Below are positions 53,301-64,000 of a DNA stretch of 64,000 nucleotides, one piece after another. How positions within the stretch are numbered: position 1 is the stretch's first letter; every line of letters starts with the position of its first letter. The DNA is taken from NCBI GenBank assembly GCA_964016885.1, contig OZ024740.1, forward strand, positions 435,240,001-435,304,000, read 5' to 3'. The stretch is from Eledone cirrhosa. Its lineage: Eukaryota. The notes beneath the pieces are model-generated. The model was not told the origin of the DNA and did no database searches. It worked only from the letters and a program-made list of their open reading frames with translations. Both the position numbers and the translations under genes were made by a program.

Positions 53301-56300
53301 TTTAGTATCAAGTAACATCAGGTATTGTGTACTTCAGTGTCAAATAACACCAAGTATTGTGTACTTCAGTGTCAAGTAACTCCAGGTATTGTGTATTTCA
53401 GTGTCAAGTAACACCTGGTATTGTGTACTTCAGTATCAAGTAACACCAGGTATTGTGTACTTTAGTATCAAGTAACACCAGGTATTGTGTACTTCAGTAT
53501 CAAGTAACACCAGGTATTGTGTACTTTAGTATCAAGTAACACCAGGTATTGTGTACTTCAGTATCAAGTAAAACCAGGTATTGTGTACTTTAGTATCAAG
53601 TAACACTCGGTATTGTGTACTTCAGTGTCAAGTAACACTAGGATTTGTGTACTTTAGTACCAAGTAACACTCGGTATTGTGTACTTCAGTGTCAAGTAAC
53701 ACCAGGTATTGTGTACTTCAGTGTCAAGTAACACTAGGTATTGTGTACTTCAGTGTCAAGTAACACCAGGTATTGTGTACTTTAGTGTCAAGTAACACCA
53801 GGTATTGTGTACTTTAGTGTCAAGTAACAGCAGGCATTGTGTACTTTAGTATCAAGTAACACCATGTATTGTGTACTTTAGTGTCAAGTAACAGCAGGTA
53901 TCGTGTACTTTAGTATCAAGTAACACCGGGTATTGTGTACTTCAGTCTCAAGGAACACCAGGTATTGTGTACTTTAGCGTCATGTAACACCAGGTATTGT
54001 GTACTTTAGTATCAAGTAACACCAGGTATTGTGTACTTTAGTATCAAGTAACACCAGGTATTGTGTATTTTAGTGTCAAGTAACACTAGGTGTTGTTTAC
54101 TTTAGTGTCAAGTAACACCAGGTATTGTGTACTTTAGTGTCAAGTAACAGCAGGTATTGTGTACTTTAGTATCAAGTAACACCAGGTATTGTGTACTTTA
54201 GTGTCAAGTAACAGCAGGTATCGTGTACTTTAGTATCAAGTAACACCGGGTATTGTGTACTTCAGTGTCAAGTAACACCAGGTATTGTGTACTTCAGTGT
54301 CAAGTAACACCAGGTATTGTGTACTTTAGTGTCATGTAACACCAGGTATTGTGTACTTCAGTGTCAAGTAACACCAAGTATTGTGTACTTTAGTGTCAAG
54401 TAACACCAGGTATTGTGTACTTTAGTATCAAGTAACACCAGTTATTGTGTACTTCAGTGTCAAGTAACACCGGGTATTGTGTACTTCAGTGTGAAGTAAC
54501 ACCAGGTATTGTGTACTTCAGTGTCAAGTAACACCAGGTATTGTGTAATTTAGTGTCAAGTAACACCAAGTATTGTGTACTTTAGTGTCAAGTAACACCC
54601 GGTATTGTGTACTTCAGTATCAAGTAACACCAGGTATTGTGTACTTCAGTATCAAGTAACACCAGGTATTGTGTACTTCAGTGTCAAGTAACACCAGGTA
54701 TTGTGTACTTTAGTGTCAAGTAACACCAGGTATTGTGTAATTGAGTATCAAGTAACACCAGGTATTGTGTACTTCAGTGTCAAGTAACACCAGGTATTGT
54801 GTACTTCAGTGTCAAGTATTGCTAGGTATTGTGTACTTCAGTGTCAAGTAACACCAGGTATTGTGTACTTTAGTGTCATGTAACACCAGGTATTGTGTCC
54901 TTTAGTGTCATGTAACACCAGGTATTGTGTACTTTAGTGTCATCTAACACCAGGTATTGTGTACTTTAGTGTCATGTAACACCAGGTATTGTGTATTTAG
55001 TATCAAGTAACACCAGGTATTGTGTACTTTAGTATCAAGTAACACCAGGTATTGTGTACTTCAGTGTCAAGTAACACCAGATATTGTGTACTTTAGTGTC
55101 AAGTAACACCAGGTATTGTGTACTTTAGTATCAAGTAACACCAGGTATTGTGTACTTCAGTGTCAAGTAACACCGGGTATTGTGTACTTCAGTGTGAAGT
55201 AACACCAGGTATTGTGTACTTCAGTGTCAAGTAACACCAGGTATTGTGTAATTTAGTGTCAAGTAACACCAGGTATTGTGTACTTTAGTATCAAGTAACA
55301 CCAGGTATTGTGTACTTCAGTATCAAGTAACACCAGGTATTGTGTACTTTAGTATCAAGTAACACTAGGTATTGTGTACTTCAGTGTCAAGTAACACCAG
55401 ATATTGTGTACTTTAGTGTCAAGTAACACCAGGTATTGTGTACTTTAGTATCAAGTAACACCAGGTATTGTGTACTTCAGTGTCAAGTAACACCGGGTAT
55501 TGTGTACTTCAGTGTCAAGTAACACCAGGTATTGTGTAATTTAGTGTCAAGTAACACCAGGTATTGTGTACTTTAGTATCAAGTAACACCAGGTATTGTG
55601 TACTTTAGTATCAAGTAACACCAGGTATTGTGTACTTTAGTGTCAAGTAACACCAGGTATTGTGTACTTTAGTGTCATGTAACACCAGGTATTGTGTACT
55701 TTAGTATCAAGTAACACCAGGTATTGTGTACTTTAATGTCAAGTAACAACAGGTATTGTGTAGTTTAGTGTCAAGTAACACCAGGTATTGTGTACTTCAG
55801 TGTCAAGTAACACCAGGTATTGTGTAGTTTAGTGTCAAGTAACACCAGGTATTGTGTACTTCAGTGTCAAGTAACACTCGGTATTGTGTACTTCAGTGTC
55901 AAGTAACACTAGGAATTGTGTACTATAGTATCAAGTAACACTAGGTATTGTGTACTTCAGTGTCAAGAAACACTAGGTATTGTGTACTTCAGTGTCAAGT
56001 AACACCCGGTATTGTGTACTTTAGTATCAAGTAACACCAGGTATTGTGTACTTTAGTATCAAGTAACACCGGGTATTGTGTATTTCAGTGTCAAGCAACA
56101 CCAGGTATTGTGTACTTCAGTGTCAAGTAACACCAGGTATTTTGTACTTCAGTGTCAAGTAACACCAGGTGTTGTGTACTTTAGTGTCATGTAACACCAG
56201 GTATTGTGTACTTTAGTATCAAGTAACACCAGGTATTGTGTACTTCAGTGTCAAGTAACACCAGGTATTGTGTACTTTAGTGTCATGTAACACCAGGTAT

Positions 56301-56402
56301 TGTGTACTTCAGTGTCAAGTAACACCAGGTATTGTTTACTTTAGTGTAAAGTAACACCAGGTATTGTGTACTTTAGTGTCAAGTAACACCAGGTATTGTG
56401 TA
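17323..56402. repeat. 32-bp satellite array, consensus AAGTAACACCAGGTATTGTGTACTTYAGTRTC, about 1220 head-to-tail monomers
   Basis: Continuous 32-bp periodicity (occasional 31-bp units) over ~39.1 kb in one orientation. No spacers or insertions were seen. Confidence 0.99.
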
Positions 56403-56571
56403 ACATAAGTTAAAAGGCCAAACACACTGAGACGATGGTTAAACCGTCATCCGCACAGCCATAGAAACGACCAAGTAATTTGGGTCAAACAAATAAAAAA
56501 ATGTGATATATATATATATATATACAATATATATATACAATATATATACAATATATATACAATCTATATAT

Positions 56572-57246
56572 ATCGTCACGCAAGATGAAACAACGCTTTC
56601 AAAATACTTACCCGAAAGTAAAAGAACCTCAGCTGAGTGGAGAAAATATGATGAAAAACCTCCTATCAACATGAGAAGCGGAACCAGCCATAGACGTGAG
56701 TTCATGTTTTCAATTTTCTGGACTAGGAAGGGAATTATTAGCACTGATTTTCTGGATAAAGGCATGGTCTGCAATGCTTCTTATTTTAGTAAACTGGTTA
56801 CTGAATGTAAGGAGAAAAAGCGGAAGACGCCTAATGTGCCACTTTGGCTTCTAATCGACAATGCCCCTATTCACACAGCAAAACTTGCACAAGAATGCAT
56901 TGAAAAATGTGACTTTCATCAACTCGTTCACCCTCCTTATAGTCCGGACATTGCTCCAAGTGACTTCTTTTTCTTCAGACTGCTTAAGAAAGAGCTCAGT
57001 GGAGAGGAACTCAAAAGTTTTGTTAATGAATATTTGAACTCTTTGGATGATTCATTTTTCAAAGCGGCGTTTGAAGAATTACTGGTAAGATGGCGAAAGA
57101 TGGTTGCAAACAATGGAGGCTACATTGAAAAATAACTTTATTAATGTTTTCTTTACTAATATTGAATGTATTTTCAAATAAAATTCGTTTGAATGTTCTA
57201 GCTTTTTCTTTTCATACCGAGTATTAGAGATTATTGACCCGACCAC

Positions 57247-57247
<1 letters not shown>
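56572..57247 (+). mobile_element. 5'-truncated mariner (DD34D) transposon: catalytic domain plus right TIR
   Basis: IVTQDET...WLLIDNAPIH...HPPYSPDIAPSDFFFF, with 34 residues between the second and third Asp; stop at 57135. Terminus ...GATTATTGACCCGACCACG|TA abuts (TA)n. The HTH domain and left TIR are missing. Confidence 0.92.
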
Positions 57248-57302
<55 letters not shown>

Positions 57303-57446
57303 CAAAGAGGGTGTGGTAAGATCCCAGGTGGACCAAAGCGCACCAGAGTACTCAATACTAAGGGTAGTAGAGTGGGTAATGGGAAAAGAGTCAGGACCCC
57401 GACGGCTGAGCTCCTGCCGTTTCGATAGCTAGATCCGTTTGACTCT

Positions 57447-57504
<58 letters not shown>

Positions 57505-58068
57505 TTTATAAATAACAATCAAAGAGTGTTTAATAACATTTAATTACTAAAGATCGTTTCATCCAAGCACAATGCCGTAATCATCGGAGTATAAATCAAA
57601 AGTTAAAACACAGATAACCTTGCCAAAGAACATTCTAGGGATACCATATATGGGAAGAAAGCAAAAATAATAGATATTAACATTGATATAAGAGGGGAAA
57701 GCAAGAAGCTTATGAAAAACATGATCATATAAATATAAATAAGAGCAGCTAGAAGCATTAAAAAACTTGCTGGTATAGAGAAAATTGGTGGTATAAGGAA
57801 GTTAAACATAATGCAGGCATATCATATACTGACAAATTTACATACAATATAAGTATTACAAAAGTCTATAAAAGCAGGTGCATGGATCAAATATAAATTT
57901 AAGAATGCAAAAATACATCTTCAAAATATATTTTTAATATATTTATAATAAAACGTTCAGCTCCATCTTTCAGTCTTAAATATATAGATAATCTATTATA
58001 CTTCATATGTAATAATATCCTCTGGGTGTAGTCAGCAAAATAAACGTTAAAATGTTAAAATGTTGTTA

Positions 58069-58253
58069 TTATCAAAAGATGATTAAACCAATCGAAATGA
58101 TTACTATAGAGAGAATGACGAGCAAAGTAAGGTCCAATATATAGTAGTTGCATCTGCAAAAGGTGCCACATATAAGAATATATATTGGACCTTACTTTGA
58201 TTGTCATTCTCTCTATATTAATCATTTCGATTGGTTTGATGACCTTCTGATAA
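58069..58253. repeat. Long inverted repeat (~75-bp arms, ~36-bp spacer)
   Basis: ...AAACCAATCGAAATGATTA...CAAAGTAAGGTCCAATATATA pairs with TATATATTGGACCTTACTTTG...TAATCATTTCGATTGGTTT.... Confidence 0.9.
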
Positions 58254-58296
58254 AAACGGCCTGTATAGCAGGTACAAGCCGGAACATTATATAGTA

Positions 58297-58596
58297 CTAG
58301 ACCACCCGTTGGGTCACGTTCACTTAAAAATAATATTTAAATAATTAAAATATACACAGACATGTCTGTCTTTCAATCTACTCTCTCACAACCACTATCT
58401 CTTTCTCTCTATCTTTCTCTCTATATATTTATGAAGGTACCTGAAAAAACCCTATCACGGGAACCCGTGCTCTGCTTTACGCGAAACTTGTTTTAATCCA
58501 TTTCTTTTCCCATTTCAGGGGCAACTTCCATTCAAAGTATTTTCCGTTTTGGCGGTATTAAATTACAGACAACACACATTCACAGAGTTTTAGTAG

Positions 58597-58600
<4 letters not shown>
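58297..58600 (-). mobile_element. Complete short non-autonomous Helitron, about 304 bp
   Basis: Minus strand runs 5' A|TCTACTACTAAAACTC to a 3' hairpin ACCC-AAC-GGGT, then GGTCTAG|T. It has TC...CTAG termini between A and T and no TSD. Homologous to 63700-63947. Confidence 0.8.
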
Positions 58601-58663
<63 letters not shown>

Positions 58664-58923
58664 CTTTCTTTTTATTTGCCACCAGGGCATCAAAAAGTGG
58701 GACAAGTACAACGGGGGAGTTTACATAAAAAGGCGTCCTCAATAAGGAGGAGGCAATAACAAAATATAAAAATAAAATTAAATATAACAAAATAAATTTT
58801 ATAACAAAATCCTCAATAGGGAGGAGGCGCCTTGGGGGTCACACACACCCCCGAAAAAAGTGTGCAACCTTCTCCTCAGGAGCACAGAGAGGGAGTGCTC
58901 CCTTGATCTTTCATCTTCCTCGC

Positions 58924-61900
58924 CTATAGTCTGATGTAGAGTGAAGACCCATTCATACGGGCCATTCTCGCCACTTTCACCCATCTTTCATAAAAACGGC
59001 TGGGGTGCAGCACCTCTCTCTCCATCCTGATCCTTCTTCCGAAATGATATCGGAAAAAATGGACCAGTTGTTGACCAGAGAGAAAGGTGTCTGACCTCAG
59101 TCCTTTCAGACGCGTCCACCATACAACCTCTTTCGCCATGGCTATTACGCACAGAAACACCGCCTCTCCTTCGTCTTTGAAGAGGGGAGGCGGCTTGATC
59201 GTTACAATAGACTCGGTGGTCAACCGGATCGGTCCCATCCTTGACAGCAGTCGTTCGACATAGCCCCACAGATCGGCAATGCCCAAGCAGTGTACCAATG
59301 CGTGTGCAACGGTTTCCTCGTCGTACACGCATCTGGGACAGATCTTTTTCGAGGGGTCCCTACCCGGGCGCCCGTGTCTGTAGAGCCTTTCTCGAACGGG
59401 CAGAGCCCCTCGGTAGCACTGCCAGGACAGGGACCTCTGGAAGTTATCCATGGGTCCCGGGCTGAATGTCCTACCGAACAGGTTGGCCAGTTCGTCTTCC
59501 TCCATGCCTAGGGCTTCTCCGAGGGCGTCGTCGCACCTGCTAACCACCAGCCCTCTATAGAATGACGTGGTGGATTCTCCACTGACAGCCGAGTGCGCCT
59601 GCTAGGGAGCCGTGAGCGCCTGGGCACACTCGGTGTGCCAGGCGCCCAGTTTTCTCGGTCTCTGCTTGACCCAGGATTGCAGCTCGGTGAGCGAGACGAG
59701 TCTGGGAAAGGCTCGGCTCACAAACGGGCCCCACACCGGTTGACAGGTGAGGAATACCTGGAGGTGCCGTAGCCTTAATGCGTGTTTACGTATCATTAGC
59801 CACGGCATCCCCAGCCCTCCTTTCGAAGGGTGTTGGCAGCAGATGGATCTCCTCACCATAGGAGCCCGCTTCTTCCAAAGGAATTGGAAGAGTGCGCGCT
59901 CCACTTTGGCGAGCGTTTCCCTTGGGGAAGGCACAACGGTCAGGCGGTAGTAGATGACAGACGCTATATAAGTGTTCGCCACCTCCGCCCGACCTTTCAG
60001 GGACAGTTTGCACTCGGCCCACTTCTGGGTCAGTGCAAACACCCTGTTCGTTACCTCACCCCAGTTCTTCTCCACCTAGAGGTCTGGTCCGAACCAGACC
60101 CCGAGCAACTTCACCGGGCCCTCCGTCCAGCGCCCGACGACGCCATCGGAGGGCATCGATCTTCCCCTCCACGTGCCGAGTTGCAGATCGATCGACTTGT
60201 CCCGGTTCAGCTTAGCCCCTGTAAACCTTTCGTACTCCTCCAGTAAGGTGCCGATCGCCCCGATTTCCGAGGCCGTCGACACCATTACTGTTACGTCATC
60301 GGCGTAGGCCGACACCGCTTTCCGCAATCCCGGTTCCAACGGGATGCTCTGCAACAACTCCAACTTCCGCAGCAGTGGCTCTAGAGTCATTACATACAGA
60401 AGGGAGGAAAGAGGGCACCCTTGTCGGATGGACCACGCGATTTCGAACGGCTCCGAGAGGTAGCCGTGCACCTTGACCCTAGAGCAGATGCGGCTGCTGT
60501 GCATGGCATTGATCCAGCCCCTGAAAACGGGTCCGAAGCCTGTCGCCGCTAGCACCGCATCCAGGTAACCATGGTCGACCCTATCGAACGCCTTAGATTG
60601 ATCCAAGTTGATCAGGGCCCCACCAAAGCCGGGTTCGTTCCCAACCCTCTCTATGATGTATCGCATGAGGTGGAGATTGTCGTGGATGGACCTGGACGGG
60701 ATAGCACATGTCTGCGCCTCTCCCACCAGGTTGCCCACGACAAGCGCCAACCTCTTTGCTAGCACCTTGGCCAAAATCTGTAATTCTGTATTTAGCAGAG
60801 TTATGGGCCTGAAATTATTTATATCGTCCCCCTTGTTCTCGTCCTTCCTCACTAGCGTGACTACGCCCTTGGTCACAGCACAGGGAATTCTCCCGTTCTG
60901 TTGCCAGTTGCAGTAGACCGCCTCGAGGAGATCGGGGAAGAAGTCCGGCTTATCTAGATATAGTTCGTATGGAAGACCATCGAGACCCGGGGATTTGCGT
61001 TTGCCACATTGGCTCAGCACGTCCTCTATCTCAGCGGCTGAAATCGGCTCCTCGCAGGACTTCGCCTGCCTGCCTGTCCGAGAGACGCGGCAGGCCGTCG
61101 AGGTATGGACCGAAGTCCACTTCCCCAACCGGCTCCCCGCCCCTTCCGAACAATCTGGCAAAGTGCTTTTGAAAAGCCTCGCACATCTGCCTAGGTTCAA
61201 GGATCACCCGTCCATCCTGGTCTCGCAAAGACCGGATAGTGGATCTACTCCCTCTTTGGGCTTATGTCACGCGAGCCCAGCTCACAGCTTTGGTCCCCTC
61301 GTTTCCCAGAGCACGTATTTTGCTTCGGACGATGCAGCCTTCGTGTTTCGCGTCGAAGAACTGGCCCAGGGCCGTTCTCGACGCTAGCACTCTGGCCACG
61401 TCGCCGCTTCTAATTGCCTCTTCTACACTATCTACCAACTCCCTTTCCTTCCTATTTCTATTTGAGGCTAACTCCTTACTAAATTCTATAGAGACTACTC
61501 TAATCTCTCTTTTGAGAGATCCCCACCACCTGCTGTTGACGATGGCGCCCGTCAACCGCTCCTTAACTAAAGTGCTAATCCGGTCCCTGTAAGTCTTACT
61601 TGCCGGTAAGGACAAGTTGAGCTTCCAGTAACCGGGTCCTTGTCTATGCGTTCTGTCAAGGTTGACCATGCAGGTCACTAACTTGTGGCCTGAATAGCCA
61701 AGCATGCGCATTTTTGGACAACCTAAAAAGTCCTTATCCTTATTTCTAACTAAGAACCTATCTAGGTACGACCTAGATGATCCGCTGCGGTTTGCCCATG
61801 TCCAGGTTGGCGCAGTCGGAAAATCTAGTCGATATCTATCGGCCAGGTCAAATCGACCGATTAACCCTTTGAGGCTATTACACCCCTCTCTATCGGGACA

Positions 61901-62340
61901 GGCCCCTACGTAGTCCCAGCGTGCATCTAGGATACCATTCCAGTCCCCCACTAATAGCAAGGAAGACGATGGAAGAAGTCCGGCCGCATTGACCCGAAAG
62001 GGCCGTAGACGGCTACCAACCTAAACGCTCTGCCTTCACCACTGCCAAGGTCCAGAACCACTAGTCGACCCTCCGGGTCCAAATGTACCGTCTGTGTTGC
62101 GAGACCCAGATGTTTTTGCAGCAGAACGACAACCCCACCCCCACCTCCGGGCTGACAGAGAGATGCGTGCATCTCAAAGTCATCAAAGGTGGGGGCCAGC
62201 TGTCGCACGTTGCTGATCCGGGCCTCGCAAATAACCATCACATCTATAGGTTGTGACCTGAGGTCATTTAGAAGCATTGCTTGCTTCCAAGTTGAGCCCA
62301 GGCCACGCGAATTTAGACAGCCTACTCTTAGCATAGCCAT
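58924..62340 (-). pseudogene. ORF2: apurinic-like endonuclease, reverse transcriptase and zinc knuckle, broken by frameshifts and stops
   Basis: Motifs MAMLRVGCLNSRGL, LVAVYGP, VGDWN, SYLDRFLV, SGHKLV, KSPGLDGLPYELY, FRPITLLNTE, LDQSKAFDRVDH, RQGCPLS, AYADDV and CPRC...EETVAHALVHC, spread over several track ORFs. Confidence 0.95.
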
Positions 62341-62364
62341 GTTGGTGGTGAAGAGAAAAAGCAC

Positions 62365-62750
62365 TTACCTCTCTGCGTCCCGGGTATCGGGCTGCACAAT
62401 TTCCATGGGGGTGTTGGAGGGTATGTTTGATGGGATGGTGGTTTCTGGCGGGGTGGGGACGGAGGTGTTTGGTGGGGAAGGGGTGTCTGGTGGGACGGGG
62501 ATGACTTGGGTGGGGGTGCCTGTGGCGGGGAGGCCTTTGTAGAGGACGCGGTTGATTGGTTTCACGCAGGAATTCCCCATGTCCTCTACAAATGTTTCTT
62601 TTAGGGATCTATAAGTTCCTATAGGGACCCTGATCAGTTTTAGGTTCATTTTTTTGTTTTTGTTGGAGCTATCCAAAGTTTTCCCTTCGGTTTTGACCAA
62701 AGGGTTGTTTCTGATGGTCTCCATCAGTGTTCTATTTTCTTCGTTTATGT
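62365..62750 (-). pseudogene. Truncated, probably internally deleted ORF1 of the Tx1-like element
   Basis: Open frame immediately upstream of ORF2. LKLIRVP...INRVLYKG jumps directly to a Pro/Thr-rich tail, with no zinc knuckle. Confidence 0.55.
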
Positions 62751-63064
62751 AAGTGTATGTGTAATAGATAGATAGATAGATAGATAGATTCAAAATAAAC
62801 AAGCACCAACAACAACACCACACTCCCACCACCACCACGCTACTACCAACACCACCGCCACCACCACACTACTACCAACACCACCACACCACCAACCTCA
62901 TATTTAAAATTCCTGTCAAATAATTCAACAAAAGCACACCCCCAAAAAAGAGAAGGATCTCCCCACACCCCAGGGGTTAAAAAGGTGGGGAGGGATGGAG
63001 AAGTTTGTCGTCATTTACAGAAGATAAAAACATTTGTTGTTTCAAAGTAAAAAAATATTGTAAT

Positions 63065-63300
63065 GCGATATAGAGAGGGAAGAAGAATTTGGTGGTCTAA
63101 TGAGAGAGGGGGGATTGTGAGAAAGAGTGAGGTATGTAGTGGGATATAGAGAGCGGGAGAGAATTTGTTGGTTTAGTGAGAGGGCATTGTGAGAATAAGA
63201 GAAAGTGAGGTATGTAGTGGAATATAGACGGGGGAGGGGGAGAATTTGTTGGTCTAGCGAGAGAGGGGGAATTGTGAAAGAGTGAAAGAGAGCGTGGTAT
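63065..63300. repeat. Purine-rich minisatellite (~75-80-bp units, about 3 copies)
   Basis: AGAATTTG(G/T)TGGT.TA...GAGAGG...ATTGTGA...AGTGAGGTATGTAGTGG recurs at about 63084, 63160 and 63241. Confidence 0.8.
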
Positions 63301-63304
63301 GTCA

Positions 63305-63354
63305 TTAAAATATACACAGACATGTATATAATGTAAAATGAAATTGGAAGGCCC

Positions 63355-63430
<76 letters not shown>

Positions 63431-63947
63431 AGAGAGAGAGAGAGAGAGACATAGATAGATATGTGGACACACATACACACACACACACACTTAGAAACCC
63501 TTCCTATTTAGCAGGAAATATTCGCTACACATATCCTGTCCTAACACAAGTTATATTCAGTCACCAAATTCGCGCTAGATACAGTAATGCAGTATTCGAT
63601 TCTTTGAAGTCCCCTGATATAATTTCTTTTAATAACACCACCATCTTTCTCTCTCTCTCTCTCTTCATTTTCCTTCTCTGTCACCTTCTCGCCTCTCTCT
63701 TTATATCTTTCTTTTAATCTACTCTTTCACAACTACTATCTCTTTCTCTCTCTCTATTTATGAAGGTACCCGGAAAAACCCCATATCTCGAGAACCCGTG
63801 GTCCGATTTACGCAGAACTTGTTTTATTCCATTTTTATTCCCATTTCAGGGTCAACTTCCTTTCAAAGTATTTTCCCATTATGCGCCCTTTTGGCTGTAT
63901 TACATTACAGAAAAGCACACAATCACAGAGTTTTAGTAGTATATAGA
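63305..63947 (-). mobile_element. Longer copy of the 58297-58600 Helitron family (5' part)
   Basis: Bases 63710-63947 align to 58370-58600 (TTATGAAGGTACC, GAACCCGTG, CCCATTTCAGGG, CACAGAGTTTTAGTAGT). AAAATATACACAGACATGT is shared at ~63307 and ~58347. The minus-strand 5' end is TCTATATACTACTAAAAC. Confidence 0.75.
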
Positions 63948-64000
63948 TTGCAAAGATCAGAGGTCATAAAAAGTTGATTTAGGTTTATTTAATTCTTCAT

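Larger units (their letters stand above)
58663..62764 (-). mobile_element. Tx1-like (L1 group) non-LTR retrotransposon, full ORF2 span but inactivated, flanked by (GATA)n
   Basis: ORF1 remnant, then APE-RT-CCHC ORF2, then a 3' UTR ending AATAAAAAGAAAGTT. (GATA)n lies at 58597-58662 and 62765-62789. Confidence 0.92.

Noticed and set aside
17323-56402. CRISPR array (32-bp hairpin-forming repeat)
   Set aside because: The monomers are directly adjacent with no unique spacers, there are no cas genes, and the context is eukaryotic.
56403-56500. Two small hairpins right of the satellite, as a ribozyme or the terminus of an element carrying the array
   Set aside because: CTGAGACGA does not fit CUGANGA, and no matching TIR or TSD was found at the left edge of the array.

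Overview
Eukaryotic, gene-free, repeat-dominated DNA. The dense (AT)n/(AC)n fields and the SINE and LINE types resemble cephalopod (Octopus-like) sequence; this is inferred from recall, not from a search. No host protein-coding gene is supported, and most ORFs in the track are microsatellite artefacts. About 39 kb (17323-56402) is one 32-bp satellite with nested higher-order periods of about 1.6, 2.1, 2.6, 2.9 and 5.7 kb. The flanks are mosaics of decayed mobile elements: RTE, CR1-group and Tx1-like LINEs, tRNA-derived SINEs, a TTAA MITE, a DD34D mariner fragment, Helitrons, a Penelope GIY-YIG remnant and a degenerate tRNA-Ser(CGA). Four observations stand out. (1) A 2-kb non-autonomous Gypsy-type LTR element has a doubled tRNA-Trp primer-binding site. 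The first copy extends far past the usual 18 nt and has a substitution at the position matching m1A58. (2) Tandem ~508-bp units each carry a minimal hammerhead ribozyme, in a Penelope pLTR/retrozyme-like layout. (3) A Tx1-like LINE is bracketed by (GATA)n at a Helitron terminus, while a related copy ends in (ATT)n. (4) The 32-bp satellite monomer can form a hairpin and the array is hierarchically structured.
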